Positions 13,108 to 27,334 are shown, counted from the stretch's first letter. The stretch is DNA of 64,000 nucleotides from Tubiluchus corallicola (GCA_030141605.1 JAQGDQ010000273.1:1-64000), one strand, 5' to 3'. Program-made: numbers and translations. The notes: generated by a model not told the origin, from the letters alone.

Positions 13108-14310
13108 GGAATAACTGAAAATGGATTGCAATGCAGAAATAATATTACATTTTCTGGCTACTTGAAACATGAAGTCTGGGTACAGCAAAATCGTTCCCGC
13201 AATACTGTATGATTTAATGTGTAAAGGCGAGTTTTTCTGACTGCACTTCAAAATTCGCCTACCTATTTATGATTTAAACCCCCGCCCCTGACTCCATAAA
13301 TCGATTAAAAATGAATTTTTTTTAAAAAAATTATGTAGTGTAATACGTGTTATGTTAGTTTTGTAATGTCAAATGTATAAACAGTGTAAATGTAATGAGT
13401 GAAGTTTATGTAATGTAAAGCATGTTTCTGTTAATTGTGTCATGTCAAACGTATATATATAGTGTAAAATATGTCATGTAAAATTTAATGTACTTTTGTA
13501 ATATTGTTTTGTAAAAATATTTTAATATGGGTTTTGTAAATATGTTCATTTATTGTATATAATTAGGCCTTAGTTTTGCACTTTAGTTTTTTTAGTATGC
13601 ACTGGACGCATTTGTCTTGAACAGTGTTGTTATTTTAACATTATGCTGAGGATTACTCAATTTTATTATAATGAGTGAACCATTTTAATTTATATATATA
13701 TAGACATTGGTTTCAAATCATACACAGCACGCACGGGGACTTAAGGGACTAATATCTATCAACAAAATCATCAAGTTTTTATTCCGCTTTCCATTTCTAT
13801 CTGCAACTATGAAATCGTTTTCCTGTAGTTCAATTCATCTGATGAAAATCCCAACATCAGTTTTATGATCTCACGCTATTAAATGTTCACCCTTGCTTGC
13901 TCGCTGTTTGCTTTCAGTTTCTGCTTGCGCTAGCAGCAATGTGGGTAATCTTTGGACTTTTGTCATACACAGTTGGGCAATTTTTCTTCTTTTTGAGGCC
14001 CCTATACAGTGCTACAAAAAGCATGCAATTTGCTTACTAATTATATAATACTGAATTTTTCAATAAGATGCTTAAATACTTAAAACTCGAGAGTTCTATA
14101 AACAGAAAATCTCGAAGATAATGTAAACTCAGTTATTATTTGTTCGAAGGAACTATTAAATATGAAATGTGAAAATATCTAGGCCTAAATATTTTTTCAA
14201 AGACTTATATTGCACCAGGCATGATATTTTAAAACACACGCATCATAAAACTACATAAGTTAATCTGAAATATGTTAAAGAGTACACGTTAACAGAGAAT
14301 GGCTAACTGT

Positions 14311-14695
14311 AATAAGCCTTTTAATAGTTTCGTTGTGCGCATTCGCAGTTGCTGCAGGTCAAAGGTTAAGTGTACCACAGCAACACACATTAACTACAAT
14401 CGTCACGTGATATGTGGGTAACACAAACATCAGTTCAGTAACTTCAGTTGTTTTACGTGGTCTTTACTTAACTATGCATTAGTCTATGCGTAGAGTGATT
14501 TACTTGCAGAATCTTGCTTGGGAACAAGAAAAAATGAACTAGGTAAGGTTCTAGCTAGCCGATAAAACGGTTACTATTACAATTGCATGGACTGCGAGGC
14601 GTTGTCAAGTGTACACAAATGCGTTGTCTGGTACACTTAGCCTTTGACCTTTTCCACGATCAACATCAATCGCCGGAACTGTGGGAAGGCTTACT
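14311..14695 (-). mobile_element. Family B MITE (superfamily unassigned)
   Basis: TIR consensus ~AATAAGCCTTTTCACAGTT; subterminal inverted repeat AGGTCAAAGGTTAAGTGTACCA; 6 copies in the window. Confidence 0.8.
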
Positions 14696-16814
14696 GGCAA
14701 GAATTCGTTTAACTAAATTCCTAATGACAGAAGGTTTCTGTGGATTTGCTTCTTGAGACAACTGTGGGTTGTATTTTGCACGTGTGTAAAGCCCTGCTAG
14801 AGAATTCCACAGATAAGATGCCCGGGGAAACACGGTTGTTTTTCTAAATTAGAAATGATAAGGTAATATTTAGTAGTGTCTTTCTTTCCTTTCTTTCACA
14901 CCAGGTTTGGCTTTACTTGAGTTTGTCCATAAATATTGGCCAACTAAGCCATGGATATCAAAATAGAACAGACCAATGTGTTGTTTTTCACCCAAGTACA
15001 CACAGGTATCATTAACGAGTATTTCTTCATAATTATGGGAAGCTGCTTCAATAAATCAGCATGTTCAGTGAGAAAATTAAAGACAATCATTGCGTGGGAA
15101 GAACTACTCGATTCGTTGCGCCTGGACACTGCAACCCTGTCTCGGACGCCATTTTTCTCACATCTCTTACGATAAAATGTCCTTGAAAACTGACGCTACG
15201 TTGCGAAAACGAAAACAAACCATAGAGATATTTGTGAGGGCTCCAGTCACGTGACCTGAGGACACGACACTTTCTAGCAGATCAGATTTTGTTAACAGAA
15301 AGAGGCAACACTCAGTTTAACCAGAGAAGCCCTTGCTGAACTAAAAACAGCTTATGTGAAGGGAAGTTGAGGTAATCTTTCGCAAACTATAAGACTTCTC
15401 TCTTCTCTATTTCAGCTTTTTGTTAGAGTGTTTGTGCACGCGTTCATCAACGGATTTATTCAGTCGTTCACTCAATTACTCACTCATTCACTTTCTAGTT
15501 TGTCATTTATTTCCTTTTCTTTGTTTGTATTGCATTTCGTCCATGCGTCAACTTCCATTCCTTCGGCAGGTCAAATTATTTGACTATTTATGTGCTCTTT
15601 TAATCATTTGTTACTCGCTCTTACATTGGTTGGTTGGTCAATCGGTCAGCTGGTCCGTCGCGGGATGGACTGATTGGTTAGGCATTGTCTTTTGTATATA
15701 ATTATGTAAATAGCGTGTTCTCTTGTGTGTGTGTTTTTGTAGTTGTATGTTCTGTTTTATAGTAATACGTACACACACACACACACACACACACATATTT
15801 ATTTTATTTATGTGTGTGGGGGGGGGGGTGCGCATTATTTAGTTTGCATGTATGTTTTATATGTATTTTTATGTCTGAAATAAAAATGCGAATTGAATTG
15901 AATTTGACAGTTGGATCTTGATTTGTTGCTCTTTCCTTAGATTTTTGTCTGGAACGATCCCTCATTTCTTCAAAAATTCTTTCCAGAAAAATAATTGCAG
16001 CTTGGTAATAGGTCACATCCACAGTTAGATTTCCTAGATCTACCGTTCCAACTTAGAAAGACACGCACAAGTAGAATCATTTGTTGCTCGTTCATTCATG
16101 GTTGGTCAATCAGTCGGTCGGTCCGTGGCATTATGGAATGATTAGTTGGATTGTTAGACAGTTGGACGTTGGTTGGTCTGTTAGTTCCTTTATCTGCTGT
16201 TTCCTCTGTTTTTTGTTTGTTTCGTTAGTGAGTTGGTGGGTTGGTTGGCTAATTTGTGCTTCAGCTTGTTTGTTCGTTCCCTCATTCATTCGATGACTTG
16301 TTCAAGTAAAAATGCACGTCGAATTCTAAAAATGACGTAAATAGTTAAACTTTGTAAATAAATCTTTGTAGCTTAGAGAGATGTGCATAAGCTCTAAGGT
16401 TATTCTCTAAGGTAAGCTTATTGCCATCGAAGCCTGTGTATATACGTATGTATCGAAGCTATATGCCTTTCTTTACTGTTTTCAACATTTTCAACTTTTC
16501 TGTTTATGCGTTTCAGTTATTAGCTTTCATCTGCATGCTAATGTAGTTTGCTTTGCACAATTTTGTTTTGTTTAACGTCGTAAATGCGTTTTTAACTAGC
16601 GTCACGATTTCATTTCGAATCATAATGTCCTCTAACCGTTTCCCCAGCTGCAAATTCGCACGTTAATATATGAACATGCAATGATATGAAGCCATATAAG
16701 CAGCACAATGATCATTCACTGATGCATTAACATGGTAACAGTTGCAGAAAACTCCATGGCTTCATTGAATCTCCAAGGACAATAATAAAACCATTTGTTA
16801 GTCAATTCGTTCAA

Positions 16815-17250
<436 letters not shown>

Positions 17251-17734
17251 TAGTATCTTTGCCTCATTTCCTACACGTATGCTTGCTTGTCTACCTGTCC
17301 TCTCTTCTGCCCCTATGCAGAAGTGGGCCACCTCGTGCATGCTCCTTCCAAATCCCCGTCGGCGCCCTTACATACATGTCGTGGATACCCTGATAGGTTA
17401 GAGTGTAAACTCGACTTTGTCAAGCCAGGTATTTCTTAGTCGCCCGGGCAAAGCAGCAGCAAACATGCCTCTAATTAATAATTAACGCAGGTAGAAAGTA
17501 AAACAATAATGGCGGTCATTACTAATGACACGAAGCTTGTTGATATTGCCTCATATATATTTTATAGATCGACAGTGCAAACAAAACGTCTCTAACAGCA
17601 ATAACTCTGCGGTTGTGTCAGATTGTCCATTAGGCCTTGTGCTTGGTTACCTAGGCACGAAACGTTTGCTCCTGTGCGCATGCGTGTACCGTTTTACAGG
17701 GCATTTTGAAGCCACTTACGAATGGGGTATATGA

Positions 17735-18314
17735 AGCAAAACCGGACCCAATCTTAAACTGTAGGCCAAAATAATATTCTGTTTAAATTATTGAAGTGAA
17801 ATATACTACTTTTCCAAAAATGACTTACTTGAAAGGATTATTACCACACAAACACAGTTTCGCGTTCGCGCCACTAGTTAGACTAGCACTAGCGAATGTA
17901 TTTCAGCAACGCGTTGCGCAAAAAAACAGGCGTTGTACCTCTAAGTTCAGATGTGTTAGTTTGTGACGAACTACACACCTTCAATAGCTCATGCATGAGC
18001 ACAGTAGTAAATTTTAAATTTGAATTTTTATCTAAAAGTTGCCTAGTTTTTGCACAACACACTGAATATCTTACAGTAGCACTGTACTTTTATTTTCGCA
18101 AAACACCTGCAACAAGCTCACGGAAAATTTTTGCTGTTAAAAATTATGTTAGTTTATGATGTCATCAATAGTTGGGTCCGCCCGTCATTAATTAAGTTTT
18201 TAATATATTATTTAATTACCACAAATGTTTTTGCAGTATTAATTGTGTTGAAATGTACAATTTTTATCGGATTTGAAAATCGAGGTAGTATATGAAAAAT
18301 CATCTTGTCTTCCT
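17735..18314 (+). mobile_element. Family A (Kolobok-like) near full-length copy
   Basis: Colinear with 56434-57054 in reverse orientation; ends ...TCTTGTCTTCCT|TTAA. Confidence 0.8.
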
Positions 18315-18389
18315 TTAAGACATTTAGTCGCTTAGTATGCTTTAAGCTTATTAAATTTAGCTTTTCTAGGAAAGGAGTGAAGGAGAGGA

Positions 18390-18680
18390 AGGGAGAAGAG
18401 AAGAGAAGAGAAGAGAAGAGAAGAGAAGAGAAGAGAAGAGAAGAGAGGAGAGGAGAGGAGAGGAGAGGAGAGGAGAGGAGAGGAGAGGAGAGGAGAGCAG
18501 AGCAGAGCAGAGCAGAGAGCAGAGCAGAGCAGAGCAGAGCAGAGCAGAGAAGAGAAGAGAAGAGAAGAGAAGAGAAGAGAAGAGAAGAGAAGAGAAGAGA
18601 AGAGAAGAGAAGAGAAGAGAAGAGAAGAGAAGAGAAGAGAAGAGAAGAGAGGAGAAGAGAGGAAAGGCGGGGAAAGAAGA
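18390..18680. repeat. Compound pentanucleotide (AGAGA/AGAGG/AGAGC)n
   Basis: Direct inspection. Confidence 0.97.
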
Positions 18681-18901
18681 GAAGCAAAAGAAAAATGAAA
18701 CAAACAAACATATGGATAAAGGATAAACAAATACAAACAATTTTGCAAACTGAAATAATTGTTCTTTTTTAACATCAAAAAACTACTTTGTACCAATTTA
18801 CATGCTAATATTGCCCATTAATTTATCTTGAATGAGCATGTAGAGAATAGCTCCAAACTTGCAGTGAACAAGAGCTAAACGATTAACCGTAGCAACACAG
18901 A

Positions 18902-19287
18902 CTAGCGACCATAGCCACGACCGTAACCGCCTGAACCACCAGCGATGACGGTCCCAGTAACCAGCAGCGTATCCCAAACCAACACCGCAACCGTAACCGC
19001 TGCCATAACCGTAACCGATGCCCTGACCGTAACCGTATCCACCAGCGTGTCCGTATCCGGCATAACCTAGCCTACCGAAGAGGCCGCCACCGTAGCCTTG
19101 AGTTCCATAACTGTAGCTATTGAAGCTACGTGGATAACCGTAGCTGATGGAGTAGGTGGAGCAGCCATAGTAGTCAGCGCCATGAGTGTAGCCATAGCCG
19201 CTTGGACGATGAAACACAGGTGAGGCCTTCATGCTTGGCATCAGTCACAAGGTAAAACAAGATGATCATACTTTCTTGTGACGTCAT
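18902..19287 (-). pseudogene. Intronless Gly/Tyr-rich secreted structural protein gene with two +1 frameshifts, nested in the SK intron
   Basis: GYG-rich core from the ORF track (18798..19241). Removing one base at ~19245 restores a signal-peptide-like MTSQESMIILFYLVLMPSMKA-SP; removing one at ~18959 gives the C-terminus GTGTVIAGGSGGYGRGYGR* (TAG 18904-18902). Confidence 0.75.
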
Positions 19288-19342
19288 AAATGTACTGATG
19301 ACGTCACCTTTATCATCTGTCGATCTAGTACAACCTATTCAC

Positions 19343-19350
19343 TATTTATA
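19343..19350 (-). promoter_or_regulatory. TATA box of the Gly/Tyr-rich gene
   Basis: TATAAATA ~60 nt upstream of the reconstructed ATG; two TGACGTCA (CRE) palindromes at 19279-19286 and 19299-19306. Confidence 0.5.
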
Positions 19351-19409
19351 GACATTGCTCTGACCATTCATCTGACCATTCATCTGACTGTTGAAACAAC
19401 TGTTCTCTT

Positions 19410-19830
19410 AAACGTAACATGACATAACGTAACATAACATAACGTAACGTAAGGTAACATACTTAACTTAAAATAACGTAACATAACATAACATAACGTA
19501 ACGTAACGTAACGTAACATCATATAACTTAACTTAAAATAACGTAACGTAACATAACATAACATAGCATAGAATAGAATAGCATAGCATAGCATAACATA
19601 ACATAACATAACATAACATAACATAACATAACATAACATAACATAACATAACATAACATAACATAACATAACACAACTTAACATAACGTACATAACATAA
19701 CATTACCTTACCTGACTTAGCTTATCATAACCTAACCAAACTTAATCAATTCATATAACGTAACTTAACTGAAACAAAGCTAAATTAACCTAAAATAACT
19801 TAAACTAAACGAATCTAATCCGATGTAATT
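19410..19830. repeat. (TAACA/TAACG)n pentanucleotide tract
   Basis: Direct inspection; related inverted (GTTAG)n tract at 20410-20555. Confidence 0.93.
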
Positions 19831-20584
19831 TAGTTAGCAATTTGCTCTTCCAGTGGACAATTCGAAAACAAACCATTAAAAAGAAGTCACTGGACCATGT
19901 TGCAAGAATGCTAAAGTTACAGGAGATGTAGCGCGCATGCGCATGCACGCAGACATGCATGAGTGCGCATATAATCTACAGAGTGTTATTAAACAGTGCG
20001 GCTTCTTTGATGTTTTTTTCCTAGTAGCTGCTTCTTTGCGGAAACAGGGACAATATATGATCTGAATGCTACATTGTACGTTTCCACAGTACAATTAAGT
20101 TGCTTCGAATAATCCATAACCACTCCAAAACATTGTCGTTTCTAATAATTTATTTTTTAAAGCCATGATTAATGAATTATTTATTGCTAACCCACGGGAA
20201 CATTGGTTATGAGTAATTAGCATACAATAACAGCGGATGCTATTATGATATAACTTTCAACTTGATGTTGATGGGTTTCCAGTATTGTCGATGTCACGGG
20301 AGTTTGCTGGCGAATCCGGGAAAGGTACAGCAAACAGTTTCTGGGAAAGTCGGCCATTTCCTAAAAAACCGTTAATGTACTTTTTGCAACATTTGGAAGC
20401 TGACAGGTATATGTTATGTTAAGTTAGATTACTTTAGTTTAAGTTAGGTTAGGCTAGGCTAGTTTGGTTTGGTTTGGTTTAGTTTAGGTTAGGTTAGGTT
20501 AGGCTAGGCTAGGCTAGTTTGGTTTGGTTTGGTTTAGTTTAGGTTAAGCTAGGTTCACAAGTGTGTTCCACGTGTTTGTGAACG

Positions 20585-20980
20585 TGGAAATTGAAGTACA
20601 GTGCTACTGTACAACGTTCAGCGTGATATAAAAATGCGCAAATTTTAAGTTTAAAATTCAAATTGCAAGTTTACTGTGGCGCTCTAGCATAAGCTCTCGA
20701 ACGTGTGTAGTTCGTCATAAACAAACACATCTGAACTGAGATGTACAGCACCTGTTTTTTTGCGCAATGCGTTTCCAAAATTGCAGGCGCTAGTGCCTGT
20801 CTAACTAGCGAATGGCGAAATGCATGTAACAGTAAAGAATTAGTGGCGCGAACGCGAAATTGTGTTTGTGTGGTAATAAAATTCTTTCACGTAAGTCATT
20901 TTTGAAAAAATAGTTTGTTTCCTTTCAATATTTTAAAGAGTTGATTGAGCTACAGTGTAAGATTGGGTCTTGCTTTAAGG
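20585..20980 (-). mobile_element. Family A copy
   Basis: Shared core; ends GATTGGGTCTTGCT|TTAA. Confidence 0.78.
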
Positions 20981-22557
20981 GACTTCCAGATACCGTAATC
21001 CAGAGGAATAAATCCCATTTTTCTTGAAAACAAATCTTTATCAATGCTTTATTTTCTCTAGTGATGACCATGATTTAAACTGGTTAGTTTCTTTATTGTT
21101 TTGCTGCAGCGAATTGAATGCTTTACGTGCCAATCTGGCAGTTTTTTTCAGTTGATGGTTAGGCATATTTTCGTCTACAAAACTTGAAAACTGCTAAAAC
21201 TATAAACTTGTAAACTAGAATATTATAAGCTGATATACCTTAGTATTATGCTGTGAAATTTCAACTTTGTATAACACACATTTCTAGTGTTCTTGTAGTA
21301 TAAAGCTCGGTAGATGTTTTTCTGCGCCACCCAATGTATTGTAGTATCCCTAGATGTAGTTGATGTACCCATAAAGACACCACATAGGAATGAATTTTAA
21401 AAATGAATTCATCCATATAGAATTTTTTCCTACACAAGTGATTCATATGAGCGCACATGTTCACATATGTGATTTCCGCCCACGCACTTTTAATGTATTC
21501 GCTTATTCACAAAATGGCGTTACTGCTAAAGGCGTTTTCCTGAATAGAAAATGCATTGTTAGGCGAGTTAAGCAACACCAAGCCTAGCTATTAAATGGAT
21601 TGCTTACATTTTCTTATACAGAAATTACACCACCAATTCTTTAGAAGCAGATGTAAATTTCGAATAAATTAAGAACAATGCCTGCAATATGCAACTCGGT
21701 ATTACGTAATGTTACTGATTGTGGCAGGCCCGGAACATAGGTCATTATCAACGTTATTTCTCCAACGAAACATTTGACCGGAGGGGTGCCTCTGCTTCGT
21801 CCAGAATTGCATGCAAAAAGTAACTGAAACAATACGACAGGTAAAATCACCCAGGGATGTTTTTCTTTGGTCACCCATTTATACACTGGCGGACGTTTGA
21901 CAGTGCTTAACTTTGATTGTTCAATTGTTAAGCATACACTGTGACCACTCATCTGTATTACTTATAGCAAGGCCTTATGTAGGCCATTAAAAAGAGTCAG
22001 CGCCTGTCGCCCATCCACATACTAACACAGGCTCAACGTTGGCTAACTTCAATGGCTAAGCACGACCTGCAACCATTCAGTTATTCCCTTTTTCTAAGAC
22101 CATCCATTCCATTAGACAGACGAGACAGTCCATTAAACAAAACCAGTTACAAGAACTGATTTCCAACAAAGATTTTGCATATTGCATATCGATCACATGG
22201 TGTTCGCTAATCGATCACATCACATTCATCTGCAGCCTTTTCCCTGCCATTAGCTCTCGACCTAATTGCGTCTGCTTTCGTCCATTCAACGAGCCCCAGA
22301 ATTCTCGATAACGTTCGACTAGAATTCTGCCTCGGATACCCATATCATGACACAGCTAATCCATAATCGCGCTCTTCTCATCGGCAGGAGTTCATCAGCA
22401 TCAGCACCAGTAGCAGCTAGGGGTGTCAGCTACTATGGCGAATGTAAGCAAACAGAAGCCAGCCGCCTGCCGAATAAATCTGGGTCATCAGAGGAGCGAC
22501 AGAAATGGAAACTCGAAATTGAGGCGTCACAACATTCACTGGCGTGGAGGTTCACTA

Positions 22558-23012
22558 CCGTATTTTCCCGTGTATAAGAGACCCTTTTTTGCTCAGAATT
22601 TTCACTTTAAAAATAGGGGGTCTCTTATACATGGGAGTAAGTCTTTTCAATAAGATGCATAAATTGTGACACTAATGATTTTAAAGAAATAAGTGCTCTA
22701 CAACTGTTTTGCGTGTCGCGTTCGACTATGAAGCGGTTGTAAGCAATACAAGCATCGTGACACAGGCATTATCTCCTCGTTTTCTCTTTTCCTGTTACAG
22801 GTTTGCAGGTACGCACTTTAATATATACCAGTACTCTTTTTCTACAACACATTAACTGGTTTTATTTTGTTTTCAGTACCGCACTGAGTTGAAAAAAGTT
22901 GTACTTTACTCTCTAAAAATGTCCGTCTGAAAAAACTTTTTTCCAGAATTTTTGCCTAAAAATTGAAGGGGTCTCTTATACACAAGGGTCTCTTATACAC
23001 GGGAAAATACGG
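22558..23012. mobile_element. pogo/mariner-type MITE
   Basis: TA TSD; 27-bp perfect TIR CCGTATTTTCCCGTGTATAAGAGACCC; internal copies of GGGGTCTCTTATAC; no coding capacity. Confidence 0.9.
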
Positions 23013-24044
23013 TAATCTGCATTATTGAGACGTGTATATAAAACTGTCAACTCAATGTGCAGATGTGGTTTGCAGTTCATTCGAAATCTGCACTTGTGTG
23101 GGCAAGGAAATAAGGGGGAGAGCTGATACCGAATTAAAGTTTGCCCGCAATTATTAAGTCTGTTAGCTTTTACAATCAAAGAATCAAACAACACAATCAT
23201 TAGCAAGTTACGAGGAATTATATTATAATAACTATACTAGCAGGTACAATCACAGAATCAAATAACATAATTATTATCAATACTAAAATACCACTATACT
23301 AAAACACAGCAGAACAATTAGCCTGGATAGCCCACAGATCTAAATGTTCAAGGTAGACCTGTCTTACACAGCTTAAATACAGAAAACTAGAACACTATTA
23401 GTGTAAAAGGTCATTCAGAAGCAAATAAGTACAGTAAGATTAGAGGGAAATCTAAGCTATTTTAATGTTATAACAAGCCTACAAAGGAGGGAATGAGATG
23501 AAAAAATTATGAAAGAGAGATGAGCAAGAAGACAAACAATGTAATTATTCACAAGTCAAGTTAATCAAACGCGAAGTAATTATGAGACGAACTTCGCGAC
23601 AACTTGCCTTCGAACTACGGTGATATTACTGTCGCATAAGAAATATTTTGAATGCACCTGGTCAGAATGCACCCAATGCAATGCAATTATAATCATTGCA
23701 TTTTGGATAAGTGAAGATGTTTCTCATGCAGATGTTGCATCGTTATTCTTTAGAGGAGCGTGTAGATTTTAAACGAATTGCAAACAACATAAAACATACA
23801 ATATGTATATAAATTATTTTAATGCAACTTTTATACATGTATATACCACGTATATACACATACATATAATATATTTAGCTGACTGCTAAATATTCATATC
23901 ACAGGAATGTATATACAAGGATATTATACCAACTATATACATATATCCTCTTAGCTGACAATTTAATATAAATATTATATATATATTACAGTATATATAT
24001 ATATGAAAGGTTCTTTACTGCATCTGTTATACATATTCAAGTAT

Positions 24045-24380
<336 letters not shown>

Positions 24381-24879
24381 CACAGATAAGTTAATTAGGT
24401 AGAACTAGTTCTAAAATCTGATGTTTACAACGATGTTAAAAACCACATTAATCACACAGATACATTTTTACTTGTCTCACAAGCACAATTAACTAAATAA
24501 TCAGTTGAAGCCATTCAAGTCTTTTCAAGGTCAGCATAAGATTTATGTTGATTTCATGACATGATAATGTAATACATGCGCTGCAATTCACATTTTCGAC
24601 TTTATTGATGGATTTGATATAACTGCATGATTGTTTTTCAACCAGTTCACAATCTACCAAACCAATAATTAATTTAGAAACAAACCAACAACACGAACTG
24701 GCTTCACGGTCCCTCATTTTACCTTTACAAATGCAGCTGCTACTTTCTAATCCAGGATCAGCTGCAATGGAGTATAACATGTAATACCCGGATTAAGCTA
24801 CCAGTATCATGATTCATTGATGTTGGTGGCGCTCAATACAGCAGGTTATTTGATTGAGCCATTAGTTACTCTGCTGTAC

Positions 24880-25480
24880 AATTTTCTTGTAAAACAAAGC
24901 AAGGCTGTAGCAACGAGAAGCTGTTTTATTTACGTTTCTTGCCCAACATAAATAAGGCCAGCGTTCGACTCCCAGTGAAGCGTGAAAATTTTCGAGAGTA
25001 TTGTTATTGCAGTAGTATTGCTTTCTTGCGTTTGTAGCATTACTAAAAATTAATTATTTCATGGCTGCTGCTGTTGCTGCTGCTGCTGCTGTTGTTGTTG
25101 CTGTTGCTATTGCTTAATTAACGAATTTTTTGTTTATTGATATGTACAGTATCTTGTTGGAAATAAATATTTTTATGTCATTTCTGCACTTCTTTTTCTT
25201 GTAAAGCAAATCTATGCTGTAGCGGCGTGATACTGTAGTAAGCATCTGCACGTCCTACCCAACAGAAAGCCAGGGTTCGAATCCCAGTGGAGCTGTGAAA
25301 ATTTTTGATTTGAGTTTTTGTTTTATTAGTACTGCATTCTTGTCTTTGTAGGATTACTGAAGATATATTTTTGTTGTTGCTCCTACTGTTGCTGTTGCTG
25401 TTGCCTAATTAATGAACTTTTTGTGTACTGATATGTGCAATATCTTACTGAAAATAAATAGATTTTTGTATGTTATTTCT
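24880..25480 (+). repeat. Two diverged tandem ~310-bp units, each with a tRNA-like head
   Basis: B-boxes GTTCGACTCCCAGTG (~24963) and GGTTCGAATCCCAGTG (~25274), each followed by similar T-rich and (GYT)n blocks. Confidence 0.6.
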
Positions 25481-25492
25481 GCAAAGAGAAGG

Positions 25493-25814
25493 CCACTGGG
25501 AGGGGGGGGGGCAAGCCAACCCAACTCAGTGCCGGTCCCAAGCCCGGATAAATAGGGAGGGTTAGGGTCAGGAAGGGCATCAGCCTGTAAAAACTGCGCC
25601 AAAACCTTCTATGAATGAGTGGGAAGGGAGGTCATGGAAATGGAAGTGTTGGGAAATAGAAGAAGAGGACGACCCAAGCGGAGATGGATTGGATGTATTA
25701 ATGGAGACCTTAGAGAGAAGAACATAAATGAAGAGATGGCCAACAACAGGAATGCGTGGAGAAGACTCATTCATAACGGCGACCCCGCATAGGGAAAAGC
25801 TGGGAAGAAGAAGA
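25493..25814 (+). mobile_element. Bipartite non-autonomous RTE-clade retroposon (shorter variant)
   Basis: TSD ATTTCTG(C)AAAGAGAAGG (25475-25492 / 25815-25831); same 5' block and same 3' end GACCCCGCATAGGGAAAAGCTGG(GAA)n as 57784-58258. Confidence 0.85.
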
Positions 25815-25834
25815 ATTTCTGAAAGAGAAGGTAA

Positions 25835-26335
25835 AAACATAGACTTATTTCAAGGTTAGTGAAAACAGGCTAGAATGATTTAGTAACAAAAGTGGCAAAA
25901 AGCGTCTCGTGTAATTGGTAAAATCACGTTAAAGTCACGATCAATTCTTGTTAAGGTGTGCTCACATTTTGAACGTCCATTTCAACTAATGACGTCGTTC
26001 ATAGGCTGAAGAAAGGCTGAACCATGCCAATTTCCGTTAAGATTTTAAGTTTTTACAAAAAAATCAGTGTAGCTAATTGTGTGATATTTCTACATGAACA
26101 TTAGTTAAACTGCAGAAGTTTGAATTAGTTTAAGCAGCGCGCGTTTACGGAAAGCCACGATGCGCTTACGAAAAGTCACGACGTCCACCAGTTACGTCAT
26201 AATTCTGAAGTAAATGGCAGCTACTGCCTCGCCTAAAAATTTCCATACAGCGTTAGTATAAATTAACTTTGTGCTTTTTAGACAGTTTTTGGCAAATTTC
26301 TTTGTTATATTTTCCTAAGTTTAAGTAATAACAGT
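25835..26335 (-). mobile_element. Family C copy, ends degraded
   Basis: Colinear with 29345-29881. Confidence 0.75.
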
Positions 26336-26339
26336 TTAA

Positions 26340-26523
26340 CTAACGAATGTCGAAATGCAAGTAACAGCAAAGAACTAATGGCGCGAACGTGAAATTGCGT
26401 TTCTGTGGCAATAATACTTTCACGTAGCTCATTTTTGAAAAAAATGGTATGTTTCCGTTCAGTATTTTAAGGATTAGATTGTTTTGACCTACAGTTTAAG
26501 ATTGGGTCCGGTTTTGCTTTAAG
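26340..26523 (-). mobile_element. Family A terminal fragment abutting a family C copy
   Basis: Ends GGGTCCGGTTTTGCT|TTAA. Confidence 0.72.
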
Positions 26524-27334
26524 TGACTTGGCTTTTGCAGTGCCTCTTTGCGAAATGGATTCAGTAATTACTATAACAGCAAAACTCACACGAAAGCAGA
26601 AACAGCTGTCGACACGAAGCCAGTGCCAGCGAATTTTTGCCGTATTTTCAACGCTTCCGCTTCCGGTCACGTGATTAGCTGCTAAAGTTTCCAATTTGTA
26701 GAAAACAAAGACAACTTTCGATTATCTGCAGCGGACGAATGAGTTGGGTTACCAGCCAGATTTAATAACCAACACATCGGTGCTAGAAGGGTAACGGGAA
26801 AACGAGTAACAGTAGAAAATGGTTTATACACCAAAGTGTTGCATAGCAATAGCGAATCATCAGCATCAGGTGTCTTGTATAGCCTGCAGTCTTGATCCTA
26901 TGATTGAAGTTTTTATCTGAGATTTGCTCAGGGTGCATCAGACAAGTTTGAAAGACTTGTTTATTGTTTTCTATTTACTCAAAAAATTTTAAAGTTATTT
27001 TTAAATACTGCAAATTAGCTCTGTTCCTACGGTATTGTCGACTGTATTATTTTTCTCATTGTTCTTATTATTGACAGTCTATTATCTAGACGCATTCTCA
27101 GTATATGTATGCATAAGTATGCGTGTAGGTAATGTGTGTTTATGGACACGGTAATGTATGTATATGGACATGTTTGCATTTTTATTGAATTAATGTAATT
27201 ATGACTAAGATTATTGCCTCTAGCACAATGTTAATGTTACTAACATCTAATTAAAGGTGACTGACTGAGTGACTGTATGATCTTCCATCACGTCTGCTCA
27301 TTTTTATCTGTGTAATACGCACTAACAAATAAAT

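Noticed and set aside
18798-18958. Trp/Arg-rich tail (WDRHRWWFRRLRSWLWS...) as an antimicrobial peptide domain
   Set aside because: It is the out-of-frame reading of GGY codons; the alternative frame continues the Gly/Tyr pattern to a stop.
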